DNA of 58,226 nucleotides from a virus (Duplodnaviria; Caudoviricetes): IMG/VR virus record IMGVR_UViG_3300021364_002910, positions 1 to 58,226 of that record; one strand, 5' to 3'. Shown piece by piece: positions 52,501 to 58,226 of this stretch (position 1 is its first letter; each line of letters starts with the position of its first letter). The notes under the pieces were generated by a model. It saw only the letters and a program-made list of their open reading frames with translations, ran no database searches and was not told where the DNA came from. The position numbers and the translations under genes were made by a program.

Positions 52501-53785
52501 ATTCTAAAGATTTTTCAATAACATCAATATGAAACCAACGGTTATATTTACTCCATAAATTTCCGTCATTACTTGCTCTGTTTATAGTAATATAATCTTT
52601 TTGTAAAGGATAACCAAGCGCCTCACTAAATGGTAATTGATCAAATCCATTATCATCAAATTCTACCTCAATATCATTAACAAATAAACTAGATAGGCTT
52701 AAATTATCACTGCTAATTAATTTAATTTGCTCTCCAACTCCTTCAACATACCATTCTCCTTGGCTATATTTTTCAGGAAAAACGGTGCCAGCAAAGTTAA
52801 TTTTCATACCATTAGACAAAGCAAAATTTGCACTTGTTGTATATGTAGCTTTTCCTATTATTTCATTTTCTACGTTTATTTCAGTATTTTCTAAAATATC
52901 AAAAATTTTAATTATTCCTGACAAATTAGGATCGTCTTTAGATATGTAAAAAAGAGTATCCGGCGCTGTTTCTGGAACTACAAATTCTATTACACCTTCT
53001 TCTAAAAATACATCTTCAATAATATTTCCATCTGTATCAAATTTTGTAATACCATTATCAAATACTAACGAAGTATTTGTTACAGGATCACCATACTCTC
53101 TACCTGGTGTAAATGTTATTCTTGTTGCGAATGTAATAGGATAACTAGGTACATTAACTTTAAACTGATAAGTTTGACCTCTATATAAAGTAATAGTTGG
53201 ATTATTTGATAATCCGTCTGGTGTAAATAGATACGTAACATTATCTATATTGTCTTTAAGTTGAATACTGTAAGTGCTTTGTACTTCTTTACTTTGCCCA
53301 ACAACTGTAACGGTTTGAGGTCCATTAGATAACCAATAATATTCTCTAAAATTGATGAATTTGTCCCAATCTATATGCGGATCCCACGCATAAGTTTCAC
53401 TAGAATTAATAGAATTATGATTTTTATAATTTCCTTTCCTTATTTTAATATTATTAATAAAATCATTATAATCAGCATAATAAGAAACATTACCTAAATT
53501 ATCTTTAATTAATGTTGCAGGTTCTAATTGATAATTTTCTCTATCTACATTGTTTTCTTCTATGTAAATATCTTTTGCATAATCAAATGCTTTTGCATTT
53601 TTTCGGCCTACAAATCCATTTACATTTTCAACTACACCAGGTTGTATCATTTGATCTAATGTAGAACTTAAAAATTTTTTATTAAAATTTGTTCTAAAAT
53701 ATTTAGGTAAATGGTTTACAGATTCTCTTTTATCATTGTCTCCAATAGGCAAATTTGGTTCAGTTTGGTTATTTTCAAAAGCCAT
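37550..53785 (-). CDS. Giant (5411 aa) mosaic virion/baseplate protein, positionally gp7-like
   Basis: Uninterrupted 16.2 kb ORF after the gp6-like gene. LPKYFRT..NKKFL N-terminus, FG-GAP-like propeller blades, Y..GD.V.Y motifs, V...NPG.GY repeats, F.GDG...F.L-type repeats. Confidence 0.8.
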   Translation of the reverse strand: MAFENNQTEPNLPIGDNDKRESVNHLPKYFRTNFNKKFLSSTLDQMIQPGVVENVNGFVGRKNAKAFDYAKDIYIEENNVDRENYQLEPATLIKDNLGNVSYYADYNDFINNIKIRKGNYKNHNSINSSETYAWDPHIDWDKFINFREYYWLSNGPQTVTVVGQSKEVQSTYSIQLKDNIDNVTYLFTPDGLSNNPTITLYRGQTYQFKVNVPSYPITFATRITFTPGREYGDPVTNTSLVFDNGITKFDTDGNIIEDVFLEEGVIEFVVPETAPDTLFYISKDDPNLSGIIKIFDILENTEINVENEIIGKATYTTSANFALSNGMKINFAGTVFPEKYSQGEWYVEGVGEQIKLISSDNLSLSSLFVNDIEVEFDDNGFDQLPFSEALGYPLQKDYITINRASNDGNLWSKYNRWFHIDVIEKSLELNGQNSSIDVNLRASRPIIEFESNIKLYNFGTEIKDNVDLVDNFTKDAFSIIEGSIGYNIDGVDLTEGMRILFLADPDVLVNGRIFKVKFITFQNTRQISLVEEEDSLPLINQNVLVTNGNVYKGKYLFYNGIDWVIAQDKVNVNQPPLFDMFDNNDIWLKDNNTYSFSQFNGTKIFSYKIGEGIVDDELGFALEYKNIINSGDIIFEFNLLNDIFTYNLDNTVTQYKTDIAFLRKYIDRETYSNINGWTAAGKGKQTVIRLYVSNGLEKVFALDMYDDNTFINDLWLRVYVENQLKKVDIHYKLIMDVNGKHYIEFFDTIEKNSSITIKTRSKKEKNEKGFYEIPASLEKNPLNENLNEFTFGEVLDHVFTIVEETSDIIGSFPGNSNLRDVGNVSSFGKKFLKHSSLYNLYSYHLLDEKANIQNSISFAGKEYSKFKRKFIDYATNSGFSGYDKQHVDRIISEINKDANESMPFYFSDMVPNGGQLTNSYKIIDTDEQYFALSKVFDINTPSYRAVNVYRNNKQLIYKKDYDFNDEGFVRIFGFKNVDDVIDIYEFESTKANFIPPTPTKLGLFPKYEPEFYIDTTTQVTPSIDNGPFKIYGLEVLEPISDNKLGWFYPLFKTYEEARDYDISLGGTGEFTIHKFNGLETVFYMPINDRNIAAQDTTIYDEWLQGQAVIQGHDGSLQPVFKDYRDNLILELEKRIYNNLKVEYDNSLFNIHDIISGAYRKTDTPIEFLNNVLIKDFIDWTTFVNVEYAPHRYFDRLNSFTYNFSKSILTDGSKSPGWWREIYKYLYDTDRPHTHPWEMLGFSVKPNWWDDEYGKGPYTKNNLHLWSDLENGIIRQPNFKIDKKYVRPYLNKMIPVDDHGELLSPTFSNAVSVYNPNYIEDSFKFGDGGPVESAWKKTSLYRFSLIAAIVVNKPAYSFATGFDRIRQIRSNSGQIIYKDTNNHIQINRLVFPSTFNDTEDVITAGLLNYIVEYQNTAFLNFYKEYKENVAKINNQLSFKVGGFTDKSKFKLILDSRTPLNQGNVFIPEENYQIFLNSSFNIEEIIYSGVIIEKQPEGFYVRGYDRLLNKFPYYKAIPKDSDTVINIGGVSESFLTWEANKTYSQDSIVRVVDKFYRTKVTHVSENSFDNSKFVSLPSLPLTGGVDLKNRVTFEKVISYLDYGTLFKNYQNVVDFLLGYGQYLESIGFTFDRFVENQYEVADWLFSAKQFCFWVTQSWKAGAILTLSPGAEKINYTNPFAIVGDTLNSSQGYSILQADGTIINKNNLRFFRDNSNNFSVQPANVDAGIYLIRLPLITKEHVVLIDDETVFNDTIFDKTPGYRQERIKVLGYRTANWAGGLNIPGFFYDDAVAKEWMQWEDYTAGDLIKYKEFYYIATNKINGKEFFDYKEWRQLDKAPEINLYPNFDYKAEQFKDFYDLDSDNLDIEQQKLAQHLIGYQKRNFLENIINNDVSQYKFYQGYIQEKGTKNSLTKLFDVLASAEKDSLEFYEEWAVRTGVYGGVTAFDEVDYVLEDKVFKLNPQPILLTDSIAANETDLIYRIKSYETYVKPNNYTHKPFPIKEQLINYFPTAGNVIPTEVEKIITKFDDILTQDIENYNYNDYVWVGDVNKSWNVFRYKNYFSKIVSIDIGENAQEFFVKLDKIDNTIQVNDIIGIKDVILLQSQEGDSSVQTVFNNINDVKGFFVVSRIIQNKIFCIAEPALFSTLQNIDLLECKGTLTYFVKARANDVQDLKIIVDKDPDENATIWLDGDEENNWKVMKTGSLFNKKYQILNPTALDTNYGQSFAVDSRNTYLAVGSPDDGNGKVYVYSRASIDKEWKILKILEPHDTDINSKFGYSIDITDDGRFLFVGAPNSSNLKTKIQGDFSENNQYTAGDIVKYNGLYYQALITILPAADAQIFEAFFNPSEFLLQNNLNDENANLIPRMLTGDYPTLVRTGSASITTDHILLRVGLELYNGVAENDEIILKWNKFTNANQTQLNLIETEPFDGNIRFVNDPNLKMSDVLTRKHVIQNKVEHIITINNAQVTPKLGDTVLTATAVGQIVYIYREDSAVNNYIIYINNVKGELQETADLYISEILVGDYTIVSPVDTYFDGMLMIQIEPYYLPYNTTDFGAGLVIQEVITDSSVSNMFYYNILDYTISENDTVPSLIRAFSYNGLNLDATAEVYRSMSYYALRLPKIASDNLVAGTEVSLYTNQLKKTVSKLRVRNTRFVLPPEVVAGEIIKQRNTDATATVYSSSVVIEENNIDPTRPIYIIEIQFYSANYDGAAFNFVDEIFGSISGEIFARPVGIIQDIYTSIEKIGFESQSAINDNNNGTEIWNLWDGYINYSENRYSDEGYPYVPIGKYYEDPLSPTLLKTDPGRTGQIIREKGTLNTAEVMYVQRNTPTNLTIYVDNVLGNWSQGLNFIVDGETQESQIEMLPYAGGIDLFGRPNIYTVVREIGITNTTSIGYGDIGKLAVFKHSLTLPIIVDQETGIQINELVGQEYIVYKKEIVEGLPRIAEIPSSVSRVWQEVNDLPIDNIGGSPSEYSKEGSVYIYERFGTNFVQIKQMLSTLRKDNHRFGIQVKCLKLQNEYRGYVVSADSDNDISYPGNLHLLKYTEDGEYYWNLAKSKQYKGLFNDQSYYFTGNIVYFYDLAHTFWVARTSIIPGSWNQELWSPVTELIDYTGILPNSNNLSMISDSAEISTLPNENLYDFATTFTTSNDGEVIAIKVYYDSFDAIAIYRKQDGFYRWMQNINAPKPNIDFGKSISLNNDGTILVVGSPKETIQNKEEGVVYIYNQINGNFELKAILESPFAHPLGMFGEKVLIDDNILVVTSKNGETTTKTTFDKSDTIFDENFTTFKFTNENVGSVNIFHLLDGYFIYRHKIAYTELGKKLHNNMILRLKKNNIYMGIPSYMDYGQIVEYGKGNTPLWNVERENKNVVDLNKIKKVFLYDKKSKNLIENLDYIDPLQGKIAGIAEQNLSYKLKYDPAIYTVGSSSVEVIVNENSAWGKENVGKLWWDISKIKYYYPYQSDISFSTNVWTKLWPTSSVDVYEWVASDLLPSQWDALSSTSEGFSQGITGLSKYGDNAYVKKKVYNSFTGKLSTVYYYWVKGITSIPNLDNRNLNSLKVSNLIRDPRNEGYPFVAFINENEFSLFNCEKYLKNDDTVISIQYYNDDNSEVNNVHYQYKIITDGLETSLPTSAIETKWVDSLVGYDAYGRTVPDPSLSEKYKYGNLNEPRQGWFVNKQEALKQYIERVNRVLLKQLIVGNKNLDALYSQDNYPSEILNYYDLVVDNKVELDNYGIAKAAQAEIVLEIENGKVTGVVVINPGRGYLKTPTYTVIGKGTGLELEFVLSSTGSISSVVILNPGKNYNKSSYVIIRKFTALVLSDETIFGKWSLYERDYTANSWSRIQSQGFNCSLYWDFIDWYMEGYNVNTKIDHIVDYSYQIFDINDSIGEIVKIQNIGNSGWLLLEKINNLENVDYTINYKTIGRQNGTIYFLPNLYDPYAAFVNFDLISYDSNFYDSIPSEEIRIIANAIKNDIFTGDLAYEYNQLFISTLKYVLQEQKNIDWVFKTNFLKIKHNVGTLRQDVTFNNDNLPSYEAYVKEVKPFKVKIREYLSAYEKIEESRSLTSDFDLPPSYNTIYNKILPQQVIALGDQLIGEENLQEYPYKFWLDNFSYEIIGVEIADGGKGYTWPPVLKFEGGGGSGASAICQIGDDGSIVSVNVTNGGKGYISTPNIFINGSLNEDGYDARLSVIVGNSKSRSLKTAIKIDRITSESVISVLATEEQFVGSGSKYVFDLTWPITYDRRKIQVSINSNILLFSEYTYENVLDSSKGYDRYFGRVILTLPAENFANVIINYEKNQSLLTAQDRIQLFYLPNVGQFGNDLAQLMEGVDYSGVEVKSFDFGNKSGWDTSGFLTSEYDTYDTAYEDVTYIIPRDLLFIQASGYQYKAQINFVNFAKAVNAIVNGDSPNIPTRFFEIFNVDALGNNLVDPLDGVSILNVLDEIIEYIDEDLNVIITSRLTFNSANAIQEFSLGETSNPTVINNIHTQILPIFDNLSDNDISDLFTEQILEDLQIVLPGVFEQGISYNVYKNNVRIDDENFGDNNLVTNPSALMKTIIGDGISNTLSLKDYAIEVETGDVFVIRKSSSDGSYLPTDLDYDALLLGGNINYSNAQGIAAEEIIVDGDNFVTPTNSKGTDEQIPGLVQDAVNITVYERPTVGTSNIVSRNYRGNGTQKSYNIGTLPRRKESTIVKINNVIQELDVDYSISYSNNNVTFVQTPAINAKINLITMGFSGDNILDLGTIIADGEKSAFKINARYEEDLHSQVTVNGENISYVLVNSDNEFNDSTNSVTIKFANRLSQGDIVRYAISFGSVKPYSELIIDDFIADGSSNQFILSQVPFVQEPAEWYTMVILNNKLLNPGYVETFVTTDSLEYNLKLYQVPLSSVSFKQLRIFLNGRELQHLKEWNFTSAGTINQFLRDDQQTGSSIAIKRGLSNPGDLLKVYINAWDDSTDSGGDYRYGYFEDGEFVKTPGKLHINVPLYDGDKIKVYQFSNHNTQNIDWQSFDIVERTDLGRGVSNAYVTRRKTDSNIIELDFEFNTNAKYSIYRNGIRIDDENFGTEAASNPTAEILTPYGTGARFVDLSAIGVQANDGDIIKIEQLQSEVILDEGASDWYELRRLRNGIVPLNSPAIDDQFVWVAKNGILLDPSVDYFISNDKMSVVLHQNLEENDNIQTIHFSGDKFQPSFAWKQFNDILNQNHYNVVNGQNNITLAVDLQWYDKTIQVVNGDKLPAPTRNSKYPGIVVVDGERIEYWNRNGNILTQLRRGTLGTGVKQTHKAGIEIYDQSLGTMIPYKDETKTISFVGNGVDNTFILDFIPNSVNEFEVYVGGVRLRKTELTTYKPELGLDSPEADTVLPPEFSLDGNNLNLTSIPGINQKITIIRRIGKIWSEPGVALSKSDNNIAKKIRSAQADLPR

Positions 53786-53797
53786 TTACATTTTCCT

Positions 53798-56700
53798 TTA
53801 TGTTGATTGTATACCAGTTGTGCTAGATGTAACAGATGTTAATACGGCACCTGTTGATTTTATTTCTTCTGCAGTAATTTCGTCTATTATTTCTATATCG
53901 TTAACTGTTGCACCACTGACTAAAATTTCGTCATCTTCTGCTCGTATTTCGTATAAACTTCCAAAACTTTGATTTGCTTGTAATGGTACTAACAAAATGC
54001 TAACTATATTTGGAGACATTTCCTGCATTATATATGCAGCCATTTCAGACATATAAAAAGTATCTCCAAAATCCCAATTATTTAAACTAAAAAATTGATT
54101 AATATATTGTATCACAGATGCTTTTATATCATTATCATTTGTGTATATATCAGCATTTTTAATAATTTTTATCTTTGCTTGCAAAGCTGCATCAGCTTTT
54201 TCACCAAATATAATTCTATACTTTGCAGGATGATAGATTATTTCATCAGTCAATGATTTTATTTTTTCTAATGGTCCGCCATAATTTAAAAATAATGTAT
54301 CAGATGATAAAGGCAATGGTTTAGTAGATTTAACATTATTTAAATATTCTCTAAAAGCTAAATCATATTCTCTTGTTAAAACGTAAACATCAATAATATT
54401 AGAAATACTTGGGTCAATCCTATTATCTTCGTCTGCTGCGTGAATATATCTAAATTGTAATTTATCTCTACCTAAAGCAGCCTTATAATCTGTTGTTATA
54501 GTTAATAAATTATTAGATTTATTGAAAATTTGAAAAATATCTTCTGCAACAAAGTATAAAATTTGATTATTTTGGTATTGACTTAGCGGTCCTATATCAG
54601 TTAAACTAGTACGAACAATAATATTTAAGTCATTATTTGAGGTATAAACAAATGTTTCTACACCATTTATTGATAATGTTTTTTTAAAAAAAACATACTT
54701 AGTGAGAGATAAATTATTGGGTTTTACAATTTCTTCAAACAACTCTTCATCATCAGAAATACCATCGTCGTCGCTATCAAAAAAATCAACTTCAACTTTT
54801 TTACTTGTGATATATCCTAATGGGTCTCTATATGTATTTGTAATAGCCCAATCAAAATCTTTTGTAAAATTTTCTAGGCCTGCATCCTGTTCTGTTGCAG
54901 GTTTTTGGTTAATAGATAATATCGAAATTTTATCTTTTACTATTTTTCCAGTCACTGCATCATATATTTTATCGCTTTCGTCAAAATAAAATTTAACTTC
55001 ATTTGCGCTTTCAAAAACATATCTCAAAGCCCTATATTCAATAATGTAAGATTCTTTGTTTGTTGTAAATTTTAAAAGCCAACTTGCATCTAATTGTTGA
55101 GCTGTTGTGTCTCCTTCTTTACCAATACCAAAAGGACTAGTTACATCTAAATTTTCTTCTAAAATTATATCCCACCTTTCTACATTACGATTATAGCGTA
55201 GTCCAAATTGTTTATATGAAAAAATTAAATCAATTAAATTTACTTTTACATCATCTGATATTGTTTTAGATAAAAAAGGTCTAATTTCTGCTAATAATGC
55301 ACCAGTAGGTATTTTATCTGCAAAAACTACAGGTCCCCTACCATCTTCTAAAATTTGTGTTCCGTCATTATATGTAGTTACAACCTTAACCCAATAATAT
55401 AGTACCGATCCTTTTTCTATAGCTGGTCCAGCTGCTAGCTCTCTATCGGCTGTAAAATGATAACCTTCAGGTGCAGAAAATTTTATCATTGTGTTAGTTG
55501 TAATAAATTTTAATATTGATGTAGTTGCAGTTCCTAACACTTGTATAATTCCATTTTCATTTTGCAAATATCCGGTATTATAATTAGTATCATCTGTAAT
55601 ACTTACCCACCTAATACCCTGATCTACATATGGAATTCTAGTTACATTAGAATAATAATAATTTTTAACAGCAGTGCTTTGCACAATAGGATCTACTACA
55701 TTAAATAAAACTGTTTCAATGTCAGTCAAAGTTTCGAAATCAAAACTTAACTTTTTTGTATATTGTTCTAGGAACAAAACCCCGTCTGTTCCATATAAAT
55801 TTGTTTTACTGTATCTTCCAGATGCATCATTTAAATCAAAATACCTAGATATTCCACTAGAAATTCTATTTACGCTCTTACTTTTTATAATTTCATTACT
55901 CGATAACAATGGTCCGATTTGATAATCTTCAGCATTAACTAATCTATTTTGCGTATAGTAGCTCATAGGTGCTAATTTTCTTATAGTTTCATTATCTTCT
56001 GTACTACTTGCATTATCTACTGTGTATTGTAATTCTAATACTAAAGATAACGTTTCTATTTTATTTTGAGCACTTATATATTCAAGATCTAAGCTTATTC
56101 CTAACATATCTCTTGGTGTTATTGTAGAGCTTACATTTCTACTTGTACGATAATAAACTCTAAAATTTCCTTTTGGTAACTCGCCAAAAACACCATCTGA
56201 AAATATCAAAGTAATTCTATCATTTATACGAGTTAGTACGCTATATATTGTTTTAATATTTTTATCTACAGTATTATAGATAACATTATTACCTTCTACC
56301 GCTTCGACTTTCGTCCATAATTCACTTGGATTTCCGTTATCATCTAATTTATATAACCATACATCGTCGTTGTTTATATTAATTGCATCAATTGTTACTA
56401 GTTGATTTGCACTAGGATTTGTAATTTCAAAATCTCCGTAATCAATTGATCCTTGCTTAAACAAAACAAAAAATCCTGTATTGTTGCTTGCAGGTCCTAT
56501 TCCGTCTTCTCTATAGATTAATGAAAATGCCTGGCCTGGCAACGGAACTTCTTCTTTAATTACACTATCAAAGTCAGTTGGTACGATTTCAAAACCTACA
56601 GATGCTCCGTCAACGGTTTTAGTAAAATTTAAAATAGGTAAATTGTCAGCGTTATTTGTTTGGATTCTATATTTAGATGTTGAAATATTACTTATAGTTT

Positions 56701-57229
56701 CTTTTTTTACAGGTTTTCCAAATTTTTCAGTAGATAACAATGCTACATTCATTACAGTTATAAATTGCTCATACCAATTAGGATTACTAGGATCGTTCCA
56801 TAAAATATTTTGATTTTGTAATGCTAAATTGTTACTATCAGTTGTAGACTGTGAAGTTCTTACACTTACAACTTTTAATAAACCAGTTGCAGCTAAATTT
56901 CTTTTTGGACTGTAGCTTAGTAGTCGTGCTAATCTAAGAACACTTTCTCTACGTTCAGCTAATTCAAGAAAATTTTCTCTAGAATTTAAATCTATTCTAA
57001 AAGATAAATTTTGACCTAAGTATGCAATCAAATCAATCAAAGCAATATATTCTGAACTTTCTATATAATCATTAAAATCTTCAGGATAATTTTCTCTTAA
57101 ATAATTTACCATTACCCGTCTGAGATTTTCAAAATCATAACTTTGGAAATCAGCTTTTTGATAAGATTGATAAATTCGTTTCCAATCTTCTGCTACTAAT
57201 AATCTATTTTGCCTATCTGTAGAAGACAT
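53798..57229 (-). CDS. Baseplate wedge subunit (T4 gp6-like)
   Basis: YDFENLR...FNDY.ESSE...LIDLIAY...RENFL.LAERRESV..LA..L.YSP; LIFSDGVFG.LP; ETIR..AP..Y.TQNRLV.AEDY. Confidence 0.88.
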   Translation of the reverse strand: MSSTDRQNRLLVAEDWKRIYQSYQKADFQSYDFENLRRVMVNYLRENYPEDFNDYIESSEYIALIDLIAYLGQNLSFRIDLNSRENFLELAERRESVLRLARLLSYSPKRNLAATGLLKVVSVRTSQSTTDSNNLALQNQNILWNDPSNPNWYEQFITVMNVALLSTEKFGKPVKKETISNISTSKYRIQTNNADNLPILNFTKTVDGASVGFEIVPTDFDSVIKEEVPLPGQAFSLIYREDGIGPASNNTGFFVLFKQGSIDYGDFEITNPSANQLVTIDAININNDDVWLYKLDDNGNPSELWTKVEAVEGNNVIYNTVDKNIKTIYSVLTRINDRITLIFSDGVFGELPKGNFRVYYRTSRNVSSTITPRDMLGISLDLEYISAQNKIETLSLVLELQYTVDNASSTEDNETIRKLAPMSYYTQNRLVNAEDYQIGPLLSSNEIIKSKSVNRISSGISRYFDLNDASGRYSKTNLYGTDGVLFLEQYTKKLSFDFETLTDIETVLFNVVDPIVQSTAVKNYYYSNVTRIPYVDQGIRWVSITDDTNYNTGYLQNENGIIQVLGTATTSILKFITTNTMIKFSAPEGYHFTADRELAAGPAIEKGSVLYYWVKVVTTYNDGTQILEDGRGPVVFADKIPTGALLAEIRPFLSKTISDDVKVNLIDLIFSYKQFGLRYNRNVERWDIILEENLDVTSPFGIGKEGDTTAQQLDASWLLKFTTNKESYIIEYRALRYVFESANEVKFYFDESDKIYDAVTGKIVKDKISILSINQKPATEQDAGLENFTKDFDWAITNTYRDPLGYITSKKVEVDFFDSDDDGISDDEELFEEIVKPNNLSLTKYVFFKKTLSINGVETFVYTSNNDLNIIVRTSLTDIGPLSQYQNNQILYFVAEDIFQIFNKSNNLLTITTDYKAALGRDKLQFRYIHAADEDNRIDPSISNIIDVYVLTREYDLAFREYLNNVKSTKPLPLSSDTLFLNYGGPLEKIKSLTDEIIYHPAKYRIIFGEKADAALQAKIKIIKNADIYTNDNDIKASVIQYINQFFSLNNWDFGDTFYMSEMAAYIMQEMSPNIVSILLVPLQANQSFGSLYEIRAEDDEILVSGATVNDIEIIDEITAEEIKSTGAVLTSVTSSTTGIQST

Positions 57230-57277
57230 TTTTTTTCCTTTTTACATATTTATTTGTATATAAAATACATATATTTC

Positions 57278-57727
57278 TCATAAAGATAAAAATCCTGCAT
57301 TTTTATCAAAATTTAATTGCATAGATTCTTGTATATTGTAAGGTAAATATATTAGATTACATTCAATCTGTATACCACTTTCATACTCATCAATAATTAT
57401 ACTGTCTACTTTGACTCGAGGATCACTTTGTATAATATCATTTACATTCTGCACAATTAAATCTCGCAAAGCAGGTGTTAAAGGATCAAAAAGTAAATCC
57501 CATACAATAGTACCAAATGTAGGATCTGATAATTTTTCTCCTTGTCTAATATGAAAATGATTAATAATATCTTGTTTTATTAACGCAAGATCATATATAG
57601 TTGTTGTTTCATTTTCAACATTAACAGAACTTATGCCTTTATAAACTTTCATACCATCGACAAAACGCCTATTAATGTTTTTGCCTCTGACAACAAGTTC
57701 TTTATATAATGCAGTTTTTTTATACAT
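57278..57727 (-). CDS. Baseplate wedge subunit (T4 gp25 / GPW-like)
   Basis: LIKQDIINHF.IRQGEK..DPTFGT.VWDLLFDP...DPRVKV. Confidence 0.9.
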   Translation of the reverse strand: MYKKTALYKELVVRGKNINRRFVDGMKVYKGISSVNVENETTTIYDLALIKQDIINHFHIRQGEKLSDPTFGTIVWDLLFDPLTPALRDLIVQNVNDIIQSDPRVKVDSIIIDEYESGIQIECNLIYLPYNIQESMQLNFDKNAGFLSL

Positions 57728-58226
57728 TATTTTCCTTTCTTAAATGTGTCTTCTTGTGCCCCACCCTGATATGTAATAGGCGGTTTTATTTCTTCTTGCT
57801 TATAATTTTCAACAAACACACAATCATCTTTTATAGAAATTGTACTGTCAGTCTTATCAGGATAGAAAGTTTTTGGCTCTAAATTTTCATGACTATAGTA
57901 AGGTTCGTGTGTAGGAATTCTAATCGGAATATACGTATGATGAGCACATTCTGGCAACAAAGCATCTATTGCATCTGTTGCCTTATCTGCTGTTGCACCA
58001 TTTGATCCTTTTGCAGATCCGCTTCCAAAAAATTGCAATTTACTCATATTATTTACAGGTGCATTATATTCATTTGCCGCTCCTGCAGTTAAAAAATTGA
58101 TATTTGCTGCCTTAAAATGATTAGCATTCATTGCAGTTATAAAATTTGTTTTACTTTTAACAATAGCATTTACATCTGCATAACAGCGCAGATCTTTATC
58201 ACTTCTAATGTGCATATTAGCTCCGG
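57727..58226 (-). CDS. C-terminal part of a probable baseplate hub/spike (gp5-like) protein, truncated by the window edge
   Basis: Frame stays open to the window end; short beta-repeat-like segments followed by RIPTHEPY..HEN; immediately upstream of the gp25-like gene. Confidence 0.55.
   Translation of the reverse strand, partial: GANMHIRSDKDLRCYADVNAIVKSKTNFITAMNANHFKAANINFLTAGAANEYNAPVNNMSKLQFFGSGSAKGSNGATADKATDAIDALLPECAHHTYIPIRIPTHEPYYSHENLEPKTFYPDKTDSTISIKDDCVFVENYKQEEIKPPITYQGGAQEDTFKKGK

Noticed and set aside
7-55922. Short ORFs (about 61-135 aa) nested in or antisense to long genes, e.g. 7..216, 10832..11149, 16190..16597, 35859..36197, 40356..40697
   Set aside because: They lie wholly or mostly inside well-supported CDSs, have shadow-ORF composition and no motifs.
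1-58226. Alternative genetic code (stop-codon recoding), introns, inteins, tRNAs, CRISPR arrays, transposases
   Set aside because: Genes tile the window under the standard code with TAA, TGA and TAG all used as stops. No splicing motifs, cloverleafs, repeat-spacer arrays or transposase motifs were seen.

Overview
AT-rich segment of a large T4-like/jumbo tailed-phage (myovirus) genome, standard genetic code, almost fully coding and mostly on the minus strand. The right half (30227-58226) is a virion morphogenesis block: a partial gp5-like hub protein, gp25-like and gp6-like baseplate wedge proteins, a 5411-aa mosaic structural protein, and three paralogous fibre/baseplate proteins (one with a tail-collar domain, one with a C-terminal autocleaving chaperone-like domain). 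Directly downstream (77-30168) is a ~30 kb enzyme cluster that looks like a biosynthetic gene cluster. It has 10 radical SAM enzymes (7 with an N-terminal twitch-type Fe-S module, 5 of them in tandem), 6 putative glycosyltransferases, an NDP-sugar epimerase/dehydratase, 3 SGNH-like proteins, 2 Cys-rich nitroreductase-fold proteins, an amidinotransferase, a PLP enzyme, a 2OG-Fe(II) oxygenase, a methyltransferase and a GNAT/ATE_C-like protein. A T4-late-promoter-like (TA)TAAATA motif occurs in or at the edge of every sizeable intergenic gap, in both halves. My main hypothesis (inference) is a late-expressed phage pathway that builds and radically tailors a glycan or other post-translational decoration of the virion. 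All product calls come from motif recognition by eye; no database search was run.
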